NCBI GenBank assembly: GCA_963840455.1
Contig: CAWIYV010000011.1
Coordinates: 640,001-704,000, forward strand
Source: Nitrospirota bacterium
Lineage (GTDB): Bacteria; Nitrospirota; UBA9217
Length of the DNA: 64,000 nucleotides
Direction: 5' to 3'
This document shows, one piece after another, positions 20,570 to 35,831 of the stretch; positions within the stretch are counted from its first letter, which is position 1, and every line of letters begins with the position of its first letter. The notes under the pieces were generated by a model. The model was not told where the DNA came from, did no database searches, and saw nothing but the letters and a program-made list of their open reading frames with translations. The position numbers and the translations under genes were made by a program.

Positions 20570-20914
20570 TAATAGTTTGTCCAATCACCTGAATTACAGT
20601 CATTATCAGAAATTCGATTTCTCAAACATACACCCAAAAGTACCCCCAACCATCTAGTCCTAGAAATAAAAAAAGGAGCTAAATCCGTTAAGGACTTAGC
20701 TCTGGTCCCCACCTGTGTTCAATGGAGACTTTCGAAAAAAAACAAATATATCACTGTAAAAACAAATGATTATGGTGGATGCGGCGGGAGTTTAATAGTT
20801 TGTCCAACCGCTCAATATTTCACGATTATTATTCAGCCCTTATATATATGACATACCCCAAATAGATACCCCTGAAATTCTGGATGTCATGATGACCGCA
20901 TTGGACTAATTCGG
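20570..20914. repeat. Junction: full type-A end, tmRNA copy (20773-20792), arm module
   Basis: TAATAGTTTGTCCAA at 20570 and 20793; core 18/20; terminator 20668-20703; ends TTGGACTAATTCGG. Confidence 0.92.
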
Positions 20915-21101
20915 TCTTAGCCTGCCAGGGAACAAATGCGCTTACTTCGGCACCTTGCTCAGCGGAATGCCGAGTGCCTCTGCCACTCCTTTTCCATAAC
21001 GTTCCGGTTCAGCGGTGGCAGTATGCCGTCCGCTGGAACCGGAGGTCAGTTTACTGTTTGTTCCGCCCCGTCAAGAGACCATGCAGACCTGGATGCCACG
21101 A

Positions 21102-23324
<2,223 letters not shown>

Positions 23325-23425
23325 TTACATTGATTTTATTGATCCAACCGGCTCGTGAACGTATCGTGGCGCCGCTCCTCATCAGCGAGAACGTTCTCAA
23401 AGAGAAGCCGCGCCGTCGCGGTGAA

Positions 23426-23836
23426 TCAGCCTGCACGTTTTCGGCGGCAATCTTTACAATATCCATAATATTCGTATCTCATTGCCACGGGTTGAAAATC
23501 CGTCTTCTGCTGTACCTGCGCATATGATAGCGTGATTCCGCCGGGAAGGTCTTCGATCCTGCCGCACCTCTTGCAGATGAGATTGATGTGGTTCGTTGTA
23601 TTGACATCGTACCGATTGTCCCGGTTGTAGAATTCCAGTTCGTGGATGAAGCCCTCTTTTTTCAGAATGTCGAGAGTTAAATAAACTGTGGACATGCTGA
23701 CGTGCGGCACTGTTTTCCTTATCTTTTTCAATATGTCAGCGGCACCGGGATGCGTCATGTCCTTCGAAAGCAGGTTGATGATCGCTCGTCTCGGCGAGGT
23801 TAGTTTGTAGCCCTTCTCTCTGAGGCTCTTTTGCAA
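23426..23836 (-). CDS. Fur/PerR-family regulator
   Basis: GYKLTSPR, HPGA, STVY, HINLICKRCG, YGYCKDC; upstream of katG. Start uncertain. Confidence 0.88.
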   Translation of the reverse strand: MQKSLREKGYKLTSPRRAIINLLSKDMTHPGAADILKKIRKTVPHVSMSTVYLTLDILKKEGFIHELEFYNRDNRYDVNTTNHINLICKRCGRIEDLPGGITLSYAQVQQKTDFQPVAMRYEYYGYCKDCRRKRAG

Positions 23837-23882
23837 AACGTTTCAATTTCCTGCGGAGTTGAGGACTGTTTCATAATATACA

Positions 23883-23938
23883 TAATAGGAATGGTTCCGA
23901 ATTAGGTTTAATTATGATTAGTCTGTTCTCTTTGTCAA
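23883..23938 (-). promoter_or_regulatory. Sigma70 promoter with palindromic operator for fur-katG
   Basis: TTGACA (23938-23933), 16-nt spacer, CATAAT (23916-23911); downstream dyad TAATAGGAA-TGG-TTCCGAATTA. Confidence 0.6.
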
Positions 23939-24350
23939 GGCATCTTGTCCTAAAAAATATCGTTGATGAAATAATGCGATTACGATAAATCTTCCTTCCC
24001 TCGTATCTTTCCGAAGGCCCCCTATCCGGTCCCAATTCTCAACGTAGGCCCGGATCACGGCCTTCGTCGATAACAATGACCTTGTAGTGTTCGATTCCGA
24101 ACAGAAGCGCTAATCCTTATTGTATCCTCATGAGAAGTGACTTGAGAAGTGACTGTGATACTGCATCTACGGCGATCTGTCAGAAGCCCTATGCGGCGAA
24201 TTCTCAAGAATAGAATACTCATCCGTACAGTTCCCCAATGGCGATATCCATAGCAACCAGTTTTCCGGCGTCCTGGATTTCCCCTTCGAAAACCTTGCGG
24301 CAACCGCATCAGGGAAGGATGACCCTATATCATCGCTTTGTGCGGCTTCT

Positions 24351-25340
24351 GTGACAGAAGGCCGTGAAGTGCTCTTCACCCGATCCACCATCGCGCCCCG
24401 CTATACCTACTACAGACCCGCCGACTCCGCAAGGAACGCCGACCACGCGACGAAGACCGGACCGTTCCAGGTGCTTGGAATCGAGTACGATCACTGGCTG
24501 GGAGACCTTCCGTACGTCCTCATCCAGACCTCAGGGGCCGTGGGAGGAAATACGGACGGATACGCGGAAGTTTTCGCCGGCCTGGGCCTTAAATTGCCCT
24601 TAATAGAAAGACGCGGGTCATTCGCACTCTATATGGACGCAAATGGTGCGGTCGGCGCGGCAGGGGGAGGCAATCTCGACACCGGTAATGGGATGATCAC
24701 CAAGATCTCCTTGGGAGCAATCATCGAAGCAGACCGTAAGTTCGGGCTGTCACTCAGGGTCGGCAAGGCAACTTCGCACGGGACCTTTGAAGCAGATACG
24801 TACGAAACATCGCTCCGTTACTCCTGGGAAGCCGCCTTCCTTGGAGGTCCAGCAAAAGAGCCCGCAACAACCGTTCACGATGTTAAAATCAGCGAATGGC
24901 GCATTCGATATGCTGTCCAGCAGTATTATAACGCAACATCCAAGGACGGCATCGAGCAGAATATCTCCCTTCTGGGTGTGAAGCTCGATAAGATCATAAA
25001 TGGTACGCAGTTCTACATTACCGGGCAGGCCTATAGCGCTGTTCTCGGCAATGCGGGCGGATATTCCGCAGGGTTCATGGGCATTGGATACGAGACGCAG
25101 CCGATATTTACGGAGAGGACCAGGGCGTTCATTGAACTGCTCGGCGGCGCCGGCGGCGGGGGAGGAATCGATACGGGAGGCGGAACGATCGTCCATGGCG
25201 CAGGGGGCCTCCGATACGAGATCACGCAGAATCTAGGGCTCGAGCTCGAAATAGGGCACATCAGTGCGCTGAGCGGCGAATTGAACAGCGTAACCAGCGG
25301 AAGAAGCATGACCTATCGGTCCTGGTCATTCATTCGTTAG
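24351..25340 (+). CDS. Gly-rich outer-membrane beta-barrel-like protein, possibly 5'-truncated
   Basis: Two similar halves (GAAGGGNLDTGNG / GGAGGGGGIDTGGG) with alternating beta pattern; no signal peptide seen. Confidence 0.55.
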   Translation: MTEGREVLFTRSTIAPRYTYYRPADSARNADHATKTGPFQVLGIEYDHWLGDLPYVLIQTSGAVGGNTDGYAEVFAGLGLKLPLIERRGSFALYMDANGAVGAAGGGNLDTGNGMITKISLGAIIEADRKFGLSLRVGKATSHGTFEADTYETSLRYSWEAAFLGGPAKEPATTVHDVKISEWRIRYAVQQYYNATSKDGIEQNISLLGVKLDKIINGTQFYITGQAYSAVLGNAGGYSAGFMGIGYETQPIFTERTRAFIELLGGAGGGGGIDTGGGTIVHGAGGLRYEITQNLGLELEIGHISALSGELNSVTSGRSMTYRSWSFIR

Positions 25341-25551
25341 CCGCTTTTTTTTAAAACACCCCCTCGACATCAACTTCATTTCACTTTCCACTTCACACCA
25401 CGAACGCATTAAGTCTATCCGCGCGGTGAAGCCAAAAAAAATAAAGCAAATTGATCCCCTTTGGCATAGATTTGCTTAAATTGTCACATTATGCCCTGCA
25501 ATATCGAACAGGTTGAGGGATACGTCACGGAGGGGATCGAGAAGAGGATGC

Positions 25552-25947
25552 TTAGGACAGCGGCCACGTTTCAATGCGCAACCCTTCAATGTGCACAAAA
25601 TGCTTCTTGTTGCCCGTTACCAGAACCGCTTTATGCGCAATCGCCGTTGCCGCGATAAGAGCGTCAACCTCTCCGGTCGGCTTGCCGATGCTTCTCAGTC
25701 TGCTTTTGATCGACCCGAACGCGTCGGCGCATTCCAGATCGAAGGGTATCGATTGGACAACATCCAGCAGTCTGGTCAGTTTATCAAGATTGCGCGATGC
25801 ATTCTGCGACGCCTTCGCACCATAATTCAACTCAGCCACAACCAAGGCGCTTACAGCGACTTTATCGATATTGCCCGCAATCCGGTCCAAGACCGATTTG
25901 TTCCCGTTCAAAAAAGCTATGACGACATTCGTATCCAGGAGAATCAT
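25552..25947 (-). CDS. vapC: PIN-domain toxin
   Basis: MILLDTNVV, ELNYGA, DALIAATA, LVTGN.KHF. Confidence 0.93.
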   Translation of the reverse strand: MILLDTNVVIAFLNGNKSVLDRIAGNIDKVAVSALVVAELNYGAKASQNASRNLDKLTRLLDVVQSIPFDLECADAFGSIKSRLRSIGKPTGEVDALIAATAIAHKAVLVTGNKKHFVHIEGLRIETWPLS

Positions 25948-26186
25948 GCAAAGCTAACCTCTCTGCCCTGATACTGATGCCGTTCCTTCTCGATCTCTTC
26001 GAAGATCGGCACGATCGTGGCATCATCTGCCCATGCGCCGCAGAGCGATGATATGATCTTCCGCTTTTCGGCAACCTTCAAGGCGGGTTCGATCTTGACG
26101 ATCACCTTTGTACCTTCGGGAATTTTTACTTTTTTAGGAAGGCGAATCATACCTTTTACTATTTTGCTCGTTACCGTGAATACCAT
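25944..26186 (-). CDS. Antitoxin partner of VapC
   Basis: 80 aa, SD GGAGG, ATGA overlap with vapC. Confidence 0.8.
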   Translation of the reverse strand: MVFTVTSKIVKGMIRLPKKVKIPEGTKVIVKIEPALKVAEKRKIISSLCGAWADDATIVPIFEEIEKERHQYQGREVSFA

Positions 26187-26292
26187 AGCACACCTCCCCT
26201 GAGACGCCAAAGAACCTCTATACGACAGCAAATACATCCATAAAATAGCATGGTCAATGTTATATGACAAGTGACATCTCATATATGAATAC

Positions 26293-26536
26293 AAAAAAGA
26301 GCTGATTCCTAATTGAAATTAGCTCAAAAGGTCGCAGGTATTCGTATAAACATACGCAAAATACCAAGGAATATCGTGCAATATCAATGACTTCCTAAAT
26401 GGTGGAGGCGGCGGGAATTTAATAGTTTGTCCAACCCCTCGATATTACGGGATTATTTTTTCGTAATATTACGACATACCCCGAATTAATACCCATAAAA
26501 TGCTGGATGTCATAAGCTCTAGATGGATTAATTCGG
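26293..26536. repeat. Junction: type-B end, tmRNA copy (26400-26419), arm module
   Basis: Core 20/20; terminator 26293-26325 resembles 63165-63198; 26473-26536 differs from 51481-51544 at 2 of 64 nt. Confidence 0.93.
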
Positions 26537-26821
26537 ACTTCTTAAGACATCAACTTTATATGCTACTATTTTTATAGCCTTCAGCTTGACCCGATTCAAG
26601 AAGGACCATTCACTGCATGTTTCTATCGATATAATTCAGCTCTGGAAGATTCTGGCTCTGTGAAGAACACCTACAAGAGTGGAATAGACGATTAATCAAC
26701 AGTAGTGCTGTCTTCTGGTTGTAACTTGACCTATCAGCATTGTGACCTACACCTACAAACATTGGTTGGCATCTAAGCAGAAAATTAACAATTTCCTGTG
26801 GTAATAAATCGTCTCTTCATA

Positions 26822-29800
26822 TCACTTTCCCTCTGTGGCTGTGGCAACAGTAGGCGCTGCTGCTTGCGGTTTATATTTTCCCCGGCCGAAAAGACGAGAG
26901 ACTAGGACGAAGAAAAACGGAATAAAGATCAGGTCAATGAAGGTGGCCGAAAGAAGCCCGCCGGTTACTGCTGTGCCAATCGCGTTCTGCGCTGCGGCCC
27001 CGGCACCTCTGGTAAGGGCTAGCGGCAGGGTGCCGAAGAAGAAAGCCAAAGAGGTCATGATGACTGGCCGAAGCCTGATCTTCACCGCCATCAGGGTAGC
27101 CTCTATCAGTTCATGGCCCTGATGCAGCTGCGCCTTGATAAATTGGATAATAAGAATGGCGTTCTTTGTGGAAAGGCCCACGGTGGTGAGCAGGCCGATC
27201 TGGAGATAAACATCGTTCGGCAGCATCCGCAGCGTAACCGCAGTGACCGCTCCAACCAACCCCAGCGGAAGCATAAGCAGGTTTACGAAGGGGATTGTCC
27301 AGCTCTCATACAGCGCTGCCACAGAGAGAAACACTACCAGCAATGAGATCGCATAGAGCGCCGGCGCCTGTGCCCCGGCATTCTTTTCTTCATAGGAGAG
27401 GCCGGTCCACTCGTACCCGATCCCGACTGGCAGTTCGGCAGCCATTGCCTCAATCTCGGTCATCGCTTCACCGGTGCTTATTCCCGGCGCTGCCTGTCCC
27501 AGTATCTCCATAGACGGGATGCCGTTATAACGTTCCAGACGGGGCGAGCCGTACAGCCATCGTCCAGTTGCGAAAGCTGAAAACGGCACCATGTCGCCGT
27601 TTTTGTTGTTGACATACCACCTATAAATGTCCTCCGGCAGCATCCGGTATCTGGCATCCGACTGGAGATAAACTTTTTTGACCCGTCCATTCTGTATGAA
27701 GTCGTTAACATAAGAGCTTCCCCAGGCTGTTGACAGGGTGTTGTTGATATCCGTCAGCGACACTCCCTGGGCGCCGGCCCGCACATCATCTATGTCGAGC
27801 TTGAATTGGGGCGCGTCATCCTGACCATTGGGGCGTACTGCGACCAGCTTGGGATTTTTCATAGCCATGCCCAGAAGTTGGTTGCGTGCTTCTATAAGCT
27901 TTTCATGTCCCAGGCCGCTCCGATCCTGCAGCTGGAAGTCAAAACCGTTGGCCACACCCAATTCAAGCACCGCCGGTGGAGAAAAGGCGAAGGCCAGACC
28001 GTCACGGAATTGCGAAAACGCCTTCATTGCCCGTCCGGCAATAGCCGGAGCCTTCAAGTCCGGGGTCTTACGCAGTTTCCAGTCCTTGAGTCTCACAAAT
28101 GCCAGCCCCATGTTCTGGCCACGGCCGGCAAAACTGAATCCGGTTACCGTGATCACACCTTTCACCGTACTGGTCTCCTGTTCAAGAAAATGTTTCTCCA
28201 GCTGCCGTATCACCTGGATGGTCCGCTCCATTGTAGCTCCGGCAGGCAGCTGGACCTGGCAAATGATGAATCCCTGATCCTCATCAGGAAGAAAGGCGGT
28301 GGGAAGCCTCAGGAACAGGAACCCCATGGCAATAACGAAAGTGCCGTATATTATCAGGTAGCGCACCGGTTTTTTGAAGGAGCTGCCTACGATTCGTTCG
28401 TACTGTGCTCTGCTGCGTTCAAACAAATTGTTGAACCGGCGAAAGAACCACCTGAACCAGCTGGATTCCCCGAAGTGATGCCCCTTTTCCATCGGCTTGA
28501 GCAGAGTAGCGCAGAGCGCGGGGGTCAGTATCATCGCCACCAGCACCGAGAGAATCATGGCGGAGATGATGGTGATGGAGAACTGACGATAGATGACGCC
28601 GGTGGAACCGCCAAAGAAAGCCATCGGCAAAAAGACTGCGGTCAGTACCGTGGCTATTCCCCAGAGTGCACTGGTGATCTGTCCCATGGATTTGATGGTA
28701 GCATCGTGAGGTGACAACCCTTCCTCGGACATGATCCGTTCCACGTTCTCCACCACCACAATGGCGTCGTCCACCAGCAGTCCGATGACAATTACCAGAG
28801 CAAACATCGTTAGTGTGTTGATCGAAAAACCGGCAGCTGCCAGGATCCCCATGGTGCCCAGCAGAACCACCGGCACCGCGATGGTCGGGATCAGGGTGGC
28901 CCGGATATTCTGCAGAAAGATGAACATGATGATAAAGACGAGGAAGACCGCTTCTATCAGGGTCTGGACAACTTCCTCGATCGAGATCTTGATGAAGGGT
29001 GTGCTGTCGTAGGGGTAGACAACCTTCATGCCGTGAGGGAAGTACTTGGACAATTCTTCCATCTTGGCCCGAACTCGATTGCCTGTTTCGAGGGCATTGG
29101 CCCCGGATGCCAGCCTGAGGGCCATGCCTCCTAACGGTTCCCCATTGTAGAAAGACTGAATATCGTAATTCTCCGTGCCGATCTTGGTCTCGGCCACATC
29201 CTTGAGCCTCACGGTCGAGCCGTCACTATTCGTGCGAAGGATAATGGCATCGAACTGATCCGTTGTCTGGAGCAGGGTACGGGCCGTTATGGTGGCGTTC
29301 AGTTGCTGGCCCGGGGTGGCGGGCGTACCGCCGAACTGTCCAGCCGATATCTGGGCATTCTGCGCCTGCAACGCCGCAATCACATCGTTGGCGGTCAGGT
29401 GGAAGTTATGCAGCTTGGCCGGGTTGAGCCAGATCCGCATGGCATTCTGGGTGCCGAACAGCAAGAGTTCACCTACCCCATCCAGACGGCTGATGATATC
29501 CTGAAGGTTGGAGACCATGTAGTCGGTCAGGGCGTTCCGGTCCATGCTCCCGTCTTCCGATACGAGCCCGACAATCAGCAGAAAGTTCCTGGTGGATTTT
29601 ACTACTGATATGCCTTGCCGTTGCACGATTTGGGGCAGAAGCGGCACAGCCAGTTGCAGCTTGTTCTGCACCTGGACCTGGGCGATATTCGGGTCGGTTC
29701 CCGCCTTGAAGGTCAGGGTGATGGCCACAGCTCCTGAAGAGTCGCTGGTGGACGACATGTAGATCAGATTGTCAATGCCATTGAGTTTCTGTTCGATCGT

Positions 29801-29989
29801 CTGGGTGACCGTGTCTTGGACGGTCTGGGCCGAAGCGCCCGGATACACGGCATTGATGGCGATCTGCGGCGGCGCGATGGGCGGGTACTGAGAGACCGGC
29901 AGCGTTTTTATCGCCAGGAGGCCAGCCAGCATGATCATGATGGCTATCACCACGGCAAAGATAGGACGATTTATAAAAAATTTCGGCAT
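26822..29989 (-). CDS. HAE1 RND efflux permease (AcrB/MexB-like)
   Basis: [37 protein letters not shown]. Confidence 0.95.
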   Translation of the reverse strand: MPKFFINRPIFAVVIAIMIMLAGLLAIKTLPVSQYPPIAPPQIAINAVYPGASAQTVQDTVTQTIEQKLNGIDNLIYMSSTSDSSGAVAITLTFKAGTDPNIAQVQVQNKLQLAVPLLPQIVQRQGISVVKSTRNFLLIVGLVSEDGSMDRNALTDYMVSNLQDIISRLDGVGELLLFGTQNAMRIWLNPAKLHNFHLTANDVIAALQAQNAQISAGQFGGTPATPGQQLNATITARTLLQTTDQFDAIILRTNSDGSTVRLKDVAETKIGTENYDIQSFYNGEPLGGMALRLASGANALETGNRVRAKMEELSKYFPHGMKVVYPYDSTPFIKISIEEVVQTLIEAVFLVFIIMFIFLQNIRATLIPTIAVPVVLLGTMGILAAAGFSINTLTMFALVIVIGLLVDDAIVVVENVERIMSEEGLSPHDATIKSMGQITSALWGIATVLTAVFLPMAFFGGSTGVIYRQFSITIISAMILSVLVAMILTPALCATLLKPMEKGHHFGESSWFRWFFRRFNNLFERSRAQYERIVGSSFKKPVRYLIIYGTFVIAMGFLFLRLPTAFLPDEDQGFIICQVQLPAGATMERTIQVIRQLEKHFLEQETSTVKGVITVTGFSFAGRGQNMGLAFVRLKDWKLRKTPDLKAPAIAGRAMKAFSQFRDGLAFAFSPPAVLELGVANGFDFQLQDRSGLGHEKLIEARNQLLGMAMKNPKLVAVRPNGQDDAPQFKLDIDDVRAGAQGVSLTDINNTLSTAWGSSYVNDFIQNGRVKKVYLQSDARYRMLPEDIYRWYVNNKNGDMVPFSAFATGRWLYGSPRLERYNGIPSMEILGQAAPGISTGEAMTEIEAMAAELPVGIGYEWTGLSYEEKNAGAQAPALYAISLLVVFLSVAALYESWTIPFVNLLMLPLGLVGAVTAVTLRMLPNDVYLQIGLLTTVGLSTKNAILIIQFIKAQLHQGHELIEATLMAVKIRLRPVIMTSLAFFFGTLPLALTRGAGAAAQNAIGTAVTGGLLSATFIDLIFIPFFFVLVSRLFGRGKYKPQAAAPTVATATEGK

Positions 29990-30000
29990 AACGGTTTCCT

Positions 30001-31224
30001 TTATTTATTAGCTGATGCCGCTTTCGGATCACCGGCCGGAGCTGCGCCTGTTTTGCTGCCGAACTCCACGGCCTTGACCGGGGTTCCCGGCCTCGCCTTC
30101 TGCAGTCCTTCAACGATGACACGGTCACCTGCCTTCAGTCCTTCGCTGACCAGCCAGTTGTCGCCCACCGTTCGCACGACCTTTATGGAACGCGTCTCCA
30201 CCTTCTCTTCGCCATTGACCACCATCACCATTGCATTGCCGTCGGGGCTGCGGGTGACGCCTCGCTGGGGAACGAGAATAGCTTGTTCGTTGACCCCTTC
30301 ATCCAGAATAGCTCTGACAAACATGCCTGGGAGCAGGATCTGTTTCGGGTTTGGGAAGATCGCCCGCAGGGTAATGGAGCCGGTGCTCTGGTCAACAGTG
30401 ACGTCCGAAAATTTCAGAGTGCCCGACAACGAATAGGCGCTGCCATCCTCCAGCACCAGCTTGACCCGCGCCTGGTCTGTCGTGCTGTTTTTCAGCAGGC
30501 CGCTGGCCAGATTCTGCTTCAGATGGAGCAACTCGGCGCTCGACTGGGTGACATCCACATACATGGAACTGAGCAGCTGAATGGTGGCCAGGGCCGCTGG
30601 CTGGTTGGCGGTCACCAGTGCCCCGTCGGTCACAGTAGAGCGGCCGATCCTGCCGGAAATGGGAGCGGTTATCCTGGTATAGGCCAGATTGATCCGGGCG
30701 GTCTCGAGTGCCGCTTTGCCGGCCTCGATGTCTGCCTCAGCCAGCTTGAATGCTGCATTCAAATCGTCGTAATCCTGCTTACTGACAAAATTATTTTTAA
30801 CAAGTTCACGATATCGCTCGGCTTTAAGCCTGGCGTTAATGACATTGGCTTCAGCTCTGGCAAGTGAAGCCTTCGCACTGTTGTAGGCTGCCTGGTACGT
30901 AGCCGGGTCAATCTGGTAAAGAATCTCGCCCGCCTTGACATCCGAACCCTCAGTAAACAGACGTTTTTGGACGATGCCACCTACCTGCGGCCGCACTTCG
31001 GCAATAAGATAAGCCGAGGTACGACCGGGAAGCTCTGTGGTAAGTGTAACACGCTGCGGCTGCACAACGATGACCCCGACTTCAGGAGGGGTGCTACGAG
31101 ACTTCCCGACTGTGGTATTCTTTTTTTCGCAACTCGTTAAAATCATGCCTGCGATGAGGATAAGCAGAATAGTGATCAAGTTAGCTAAGCCCTTGGTTAG
31201 CTTATACAACTCTTCCAATTTCAT
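30001..31224 (-). CDS. RND membrane fusion lipoprotein (AcrA/MexA-like)
   Basis: LTSC lipobox, [22 protein letters not shown]. Confidence 0.93.
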   Translation of the reverse strand: MKLEELYKLTKGLANLITILLILIAGMILTSCEKKNTTVGKSRSTPPEVGVIVVQPQRVTLTTELPGRTSAYLIAEVRPQVGGIVQKRLFTEGSDVKAGEILYQIDPATYQAAYNSAKASLARAEANVINARLKAERYRELVKNNFVSKQDYDDLNAAFKLAEADIEAGKAALETARINLAYTRITAPISGRIGRSTVTDGALVTANQPAALATIQLLSSMYVDVTQSSAELLHLKQNLASGLLKNSTTDQARVKLVLEDGSAYSLSGTLKFSDVTVDQSTGSITLRAIFPNPKQILLPGMFVRAILDEGVNEQAILVPQRGVTRSPDGNAMVMVVNGEEKVETRSIKVVRTVGDNWLVSEGLKAGDRVIVEGLQKARPGTPVKAVEFGSKTGAAPAGDPKAASANK

Positions 31225-31539
31225 CTTCGATTTCTCCTGTATCTATAAAATGTAAAGATGGTAGCGTTGTAAAAGAGCTATGGTAGCAATAAACAGTGAA
31301 AAATGATCCCATCCAATCTTGATAGTATCAGTTAATACTTAGCACTTTTCCCGGGTACGATTACTACTAAATATAGCAGCACTGGGAACGTCTAGCCGAA
31401 TAATATTAAGGCTTAAGTTGTATAACAGTATTCGACTGTCACGACTTCCTTGACTGCCAATTCCTTACTATCATTTTTTTATAGTATACTTGAATACAGA
31501 TTCGTAAATCAGGAAGAACTTCACATCGGGAGGCCAACA

Positions 31540-33006
<1,467 letters not shown>

Positions 33007-33062
33007 CGGACGGGACCATCGTCATTTCTTCTTTAATGAAGATGCAGACTGAAGGGGTGCGT

Positions 33063-35732
33063 ATGGGTACAGTAACGACACGTTTCGTACGGGGCGCGGT
33101 CGTGTGGTTCCTGCTTTTGTCGATGCCGGCAGGGGCGGCTGTGGCCGTTGATGTTCTCCGCGCGACCCTTGCGAATGGTCTGCGCGTGGTGATCGTTCCA
33201 AATACCCTGGCGCCCGTGGTCACCACTGAAGTAAACTATTTCGTAGGTTCGAATGAAGCACCCGACGGCTATCCGGGAATGGCTCATGCCCAGGAGCATA
33301 TGATGTTTCGCGGTAGCCCTGGGATGTCTGCCGCCCAGCTAGCGAACATTATCGCCTTGATGGGAGGCAATTTCAACGCAGACACGCAGCAGACCGTTAC
33401 CCAGTATTTCCTTACAGTGCCGAAGGATGACCTGGATGTTGCGCTGAAGGTGGAAGCGGTACGCATGCGCGACATTCTCGACTCGGAGGAACTGTGGGCG
33501 CAGGAACGGGGAGCGATCGAGCAGGAGGTGGCACAGGACCTTTCAAATCCCGAGTACGTTTTTTCCATGCGGCTTCTCGAGAACCTGTTCGGCAATACGC
33601 CCTATGCCCATGATGCCCTGGGTACGCGCCCTTCGTTCGACAAGACGACCGGTGCAATGCTCAAAAAATTCTACGACATGTGGTATGCTCCGAACAATGC
33701 CATTCTTATTATTGCGGGAGATGTAGACCCGTCCAAGACCCTCAATAAGGTGAAGGAACTGTTCGAATCGATTCCTGCAAGACCTTTACCAACGCGCCCG
33801 GATATTCATCTTGAGGCACTCAGGCCGACGTCGATCGAGCTCGATACCGACCTTCCCTATGGTCTTGCCATTGTGGCATTCCGTCTGCCCGGCTACGACA
33901 GTCCTGACTATGCGGCTGGGCAAATTTTGTCCGATGTTCTGGACAGTCGGCGGGGAAGCCTTTACACACTGGTTACTGAAGGTAAGGCACTTTTCACCGG
34001 ATTCGACGGTGGGTCACTTCCAAAAGCCTCATTCGGGTATGCAACAGCAGCATTCCCCTCTGGAGGGGATGGTACTGCACTGGTCGCCACAATAAAAAAT
34101 ATAGTGGCTGATTATGTAAAAAACGGGGTTCCGGCCGATATTGTCGAGGCGTCAAAACGCCATGAAATTGCGGACGCTGAATTTCAGGCCAATTCCATTT
34201 CCGGACTTGCTGCGGTTTGGTCCCAGGCGCTTGCTGTGGAAGGCCGCTCCTCTCCGGACGACGATATCGTTGCAATAAAAAAAGTGACCGTAGCGGACGT
34301 GAACCGTGTTCTCAAAGAATACCTCGTGAATGATACAGCAATTACAGCCGTTCTTACACCGCGCCCTTCAGGAAAGCCGGCGTCGGCAAAAGGGTTTGGC
34401 GGCGGGGAATCCTTTGCCCCAACAGGTACCACTCATACCAAACTTCCCGTTTGGGCGAAAAGTGTAGAATCATTGCCCGGTGTCCCGATTTCCAGGGTCA
34501 AACCCACGGTCTCCACATTGCCCAATGGCATCCGTTTGATCCTTCAAGCGGAAAACGTGAGCCCAACGATAACTGTCTTGGGGCAAATTAAGAACAAACC
34601 GGAGCTTGAAGAACCCGCGGGAAAAGAAGGGGTCGCCGATCTCCTGGAAAGCCTTTTCTCATACGGTACGACGTCCCTTGACAGGCTTGCATTTCAAAAG
34701 GCACAGGATGATATCGGAGCAAACATTTCCGTGGGCACAGTTTTTTCGCTCAGGGTTCTCTCCGACCGATTCGACAGCGGTATGGCGCTTCTCGCCGACA
34801 ATCTACTGCACCCCGCTCTTCCCGATTCCGCGTTCGAGATCATGCGGCAGGAAAAATTAAGCTCACTGCCGGGTCTGCTCAAAAGCCCTTCTTATCTTTC
34901 ACGGCGCGCACTTCGTGAAGCGCTCTATCCCAAGAATGACCCATCCCTCCGTCAGGCCTTGCCCGAGACAGTAAGCAAGCTGTCGTTACAAGACCTCAGG
35001 TCTTATTATGACACAGTGTTTCGCCCCGATCTGACGACGATCGTTGTCATCGGTCGGACAACTCCTGCGCAAGCCAGGGTCATCGTTGAAAAGTATCTCG
35101 GTTCATGGAAGCCACGCGGTAGCAAGCCGGAGACCGACCTCCCGCCGGTAGCGCCCAACAAGCCCTCTTCATCCACGGTGCCCGATGCAAGCAGGGTCCA
35201 GGACGAGGTAACATTATTGGAGACCGTCGGCATCACGCGCTCACATCCGGATTATTACAAACTTGTGCTCGGCAATCACGTGTTATCAGGTGCATTTTAC
35301 GCTTCTCGCCTGTACCACGATCTCCGCGAGCAGGCCGGCCTGGTCTACACGGTCGAGTCCTTCATCGAAGCGAGAAAGACCCGTTCGCTTTTCGGGGTTT
35401 TCTTTGCCTGCGATCCCCCGAATGTTGTCAAGGCACGTACCATTGTTGAACGCAACCTGAGGGCAATGCAGACTGTCCCTGTTACGCAGGCTGAATTGCA
35501 GCGGGCTAAAATCCTGCTGATACGGCAGTTGCCTCTTTCAGAAGCCAGCACGGACAGCATCGCCCAGGGAATACTTTCCCGTTCACAGGAGGACCTGCCG
35601 CTCGACGAGCCGGTCCGCGCCGCAGTTCAGTACCTAAAAATTACGGATAGACAGGTGCAGAAAGCCTTTGAAAAATGGATCCGACCCGCGGGATTTGTGC
35701 AAGTGACTCTTGGGCCGAACCCGGGACCATAA
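33063..35732 (+). CDS. M16 zinc peptidase (double domain)
   Basis: HAQEHMMFRGS (HXXEH), LANGL / LPNGI repeats, signal peptide. Confidence 0.92.
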   Translation: MGTVTTRFVRGAVVWFLLLSMPAGAAVAVDVLRATLANGLRVVIVPNTLAPVVTTEVNYFVGSNEAPDGYPGMAHAQEHMMFRGSPGMSAAQLANIIALMGGNFNADTQQTVTQYFLTVPKDDLDVALKVEAVRMRDILDSEELWAQERGAIEQEVAQDLSNPEYVFSMRLLENLFGNTPYAHDALGTRPSFDKTTGAMLKKFYDMWYAPNNAILIIAGDVDPSKTLNKVKELFESIPARPLPTRPDIHLEALRPTSIELDTDLPYGLAIVAFRLPGYDSPDYAAGQILSDVLDSRRGSLYTLVTEGKALFTGFDGGSLPKASFGYATAAFPSGGDGTALVATIKNIVADYVKNGVPADIVEASKRHEIADAEFQANSISGLAAVWSQALAVEGRSSPDDDIVAIKKVTVADVNRVLKEYLVNDTAITAVLTPRPSGKPASAKGFGGGESFAPTGTTHTKLPVWAKSVESLPGVPISRVKPTVSTLPNGIRLILQAENVSPTITVLGQIKNKPELEEPAGKEGVADLLESLFSYGTTSLDRLAFQKAQDDIGANISVGTVFSLRVLSDRFDSGMALLADNLLHPALPDSAFEIMRQEKLSSLPGLLKSPSYLSRRALREALYPKNDPSLRQALPETVSKLSLQDLRSYYDTVFRPDLTTIVVIGRTTPAQARVIVEKYLGSWKPRGSKPETDLPPVAPNKPSSSTVPDASRVQDEVTLLETVGITRSHPDYYKLVLGNHVLSGAFYASRLYHDLREQAGLVYTVESFIEARKTRSLFGVFFACDPPNVVKARTIVERNLRAMQTVPVTQAELQRAKILLIRQLPLSEASTDSIAQGILSRSQEDLPLDEPVRAAVQYLKITDRQVQKAFEKWIRPAGFVQVTLGPNPGP

Positions 35733-35831
35733 GGAATGCCTGCGAAGAAAGAATGTCGCCAACGAGTGCGGAACCGGGTCCCGGAACGAGATGGTAGCAA
35801 TAACCGCGCTGGTCTTAATAAATGGCTGTTT

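Larger units (their letters stand above)
16372..20772. mobile_element. Unit 5 (4.4 kb): molybdate acquisition
   Basis: Lies between att copies 16349 and 20773. Confidence 0.8.

Noticed and set aside
24131-24154. 12-bp tandem duplication TGAGAAGTGACT
   Set aside because: Two copies only, in apparently decaying DNA; no function inferable.
26400-26419. tRNA genes at the repeat copies
   Set aside because: Only part of the T-arm and the acceptor 3' strand are present; there is no 5' half.
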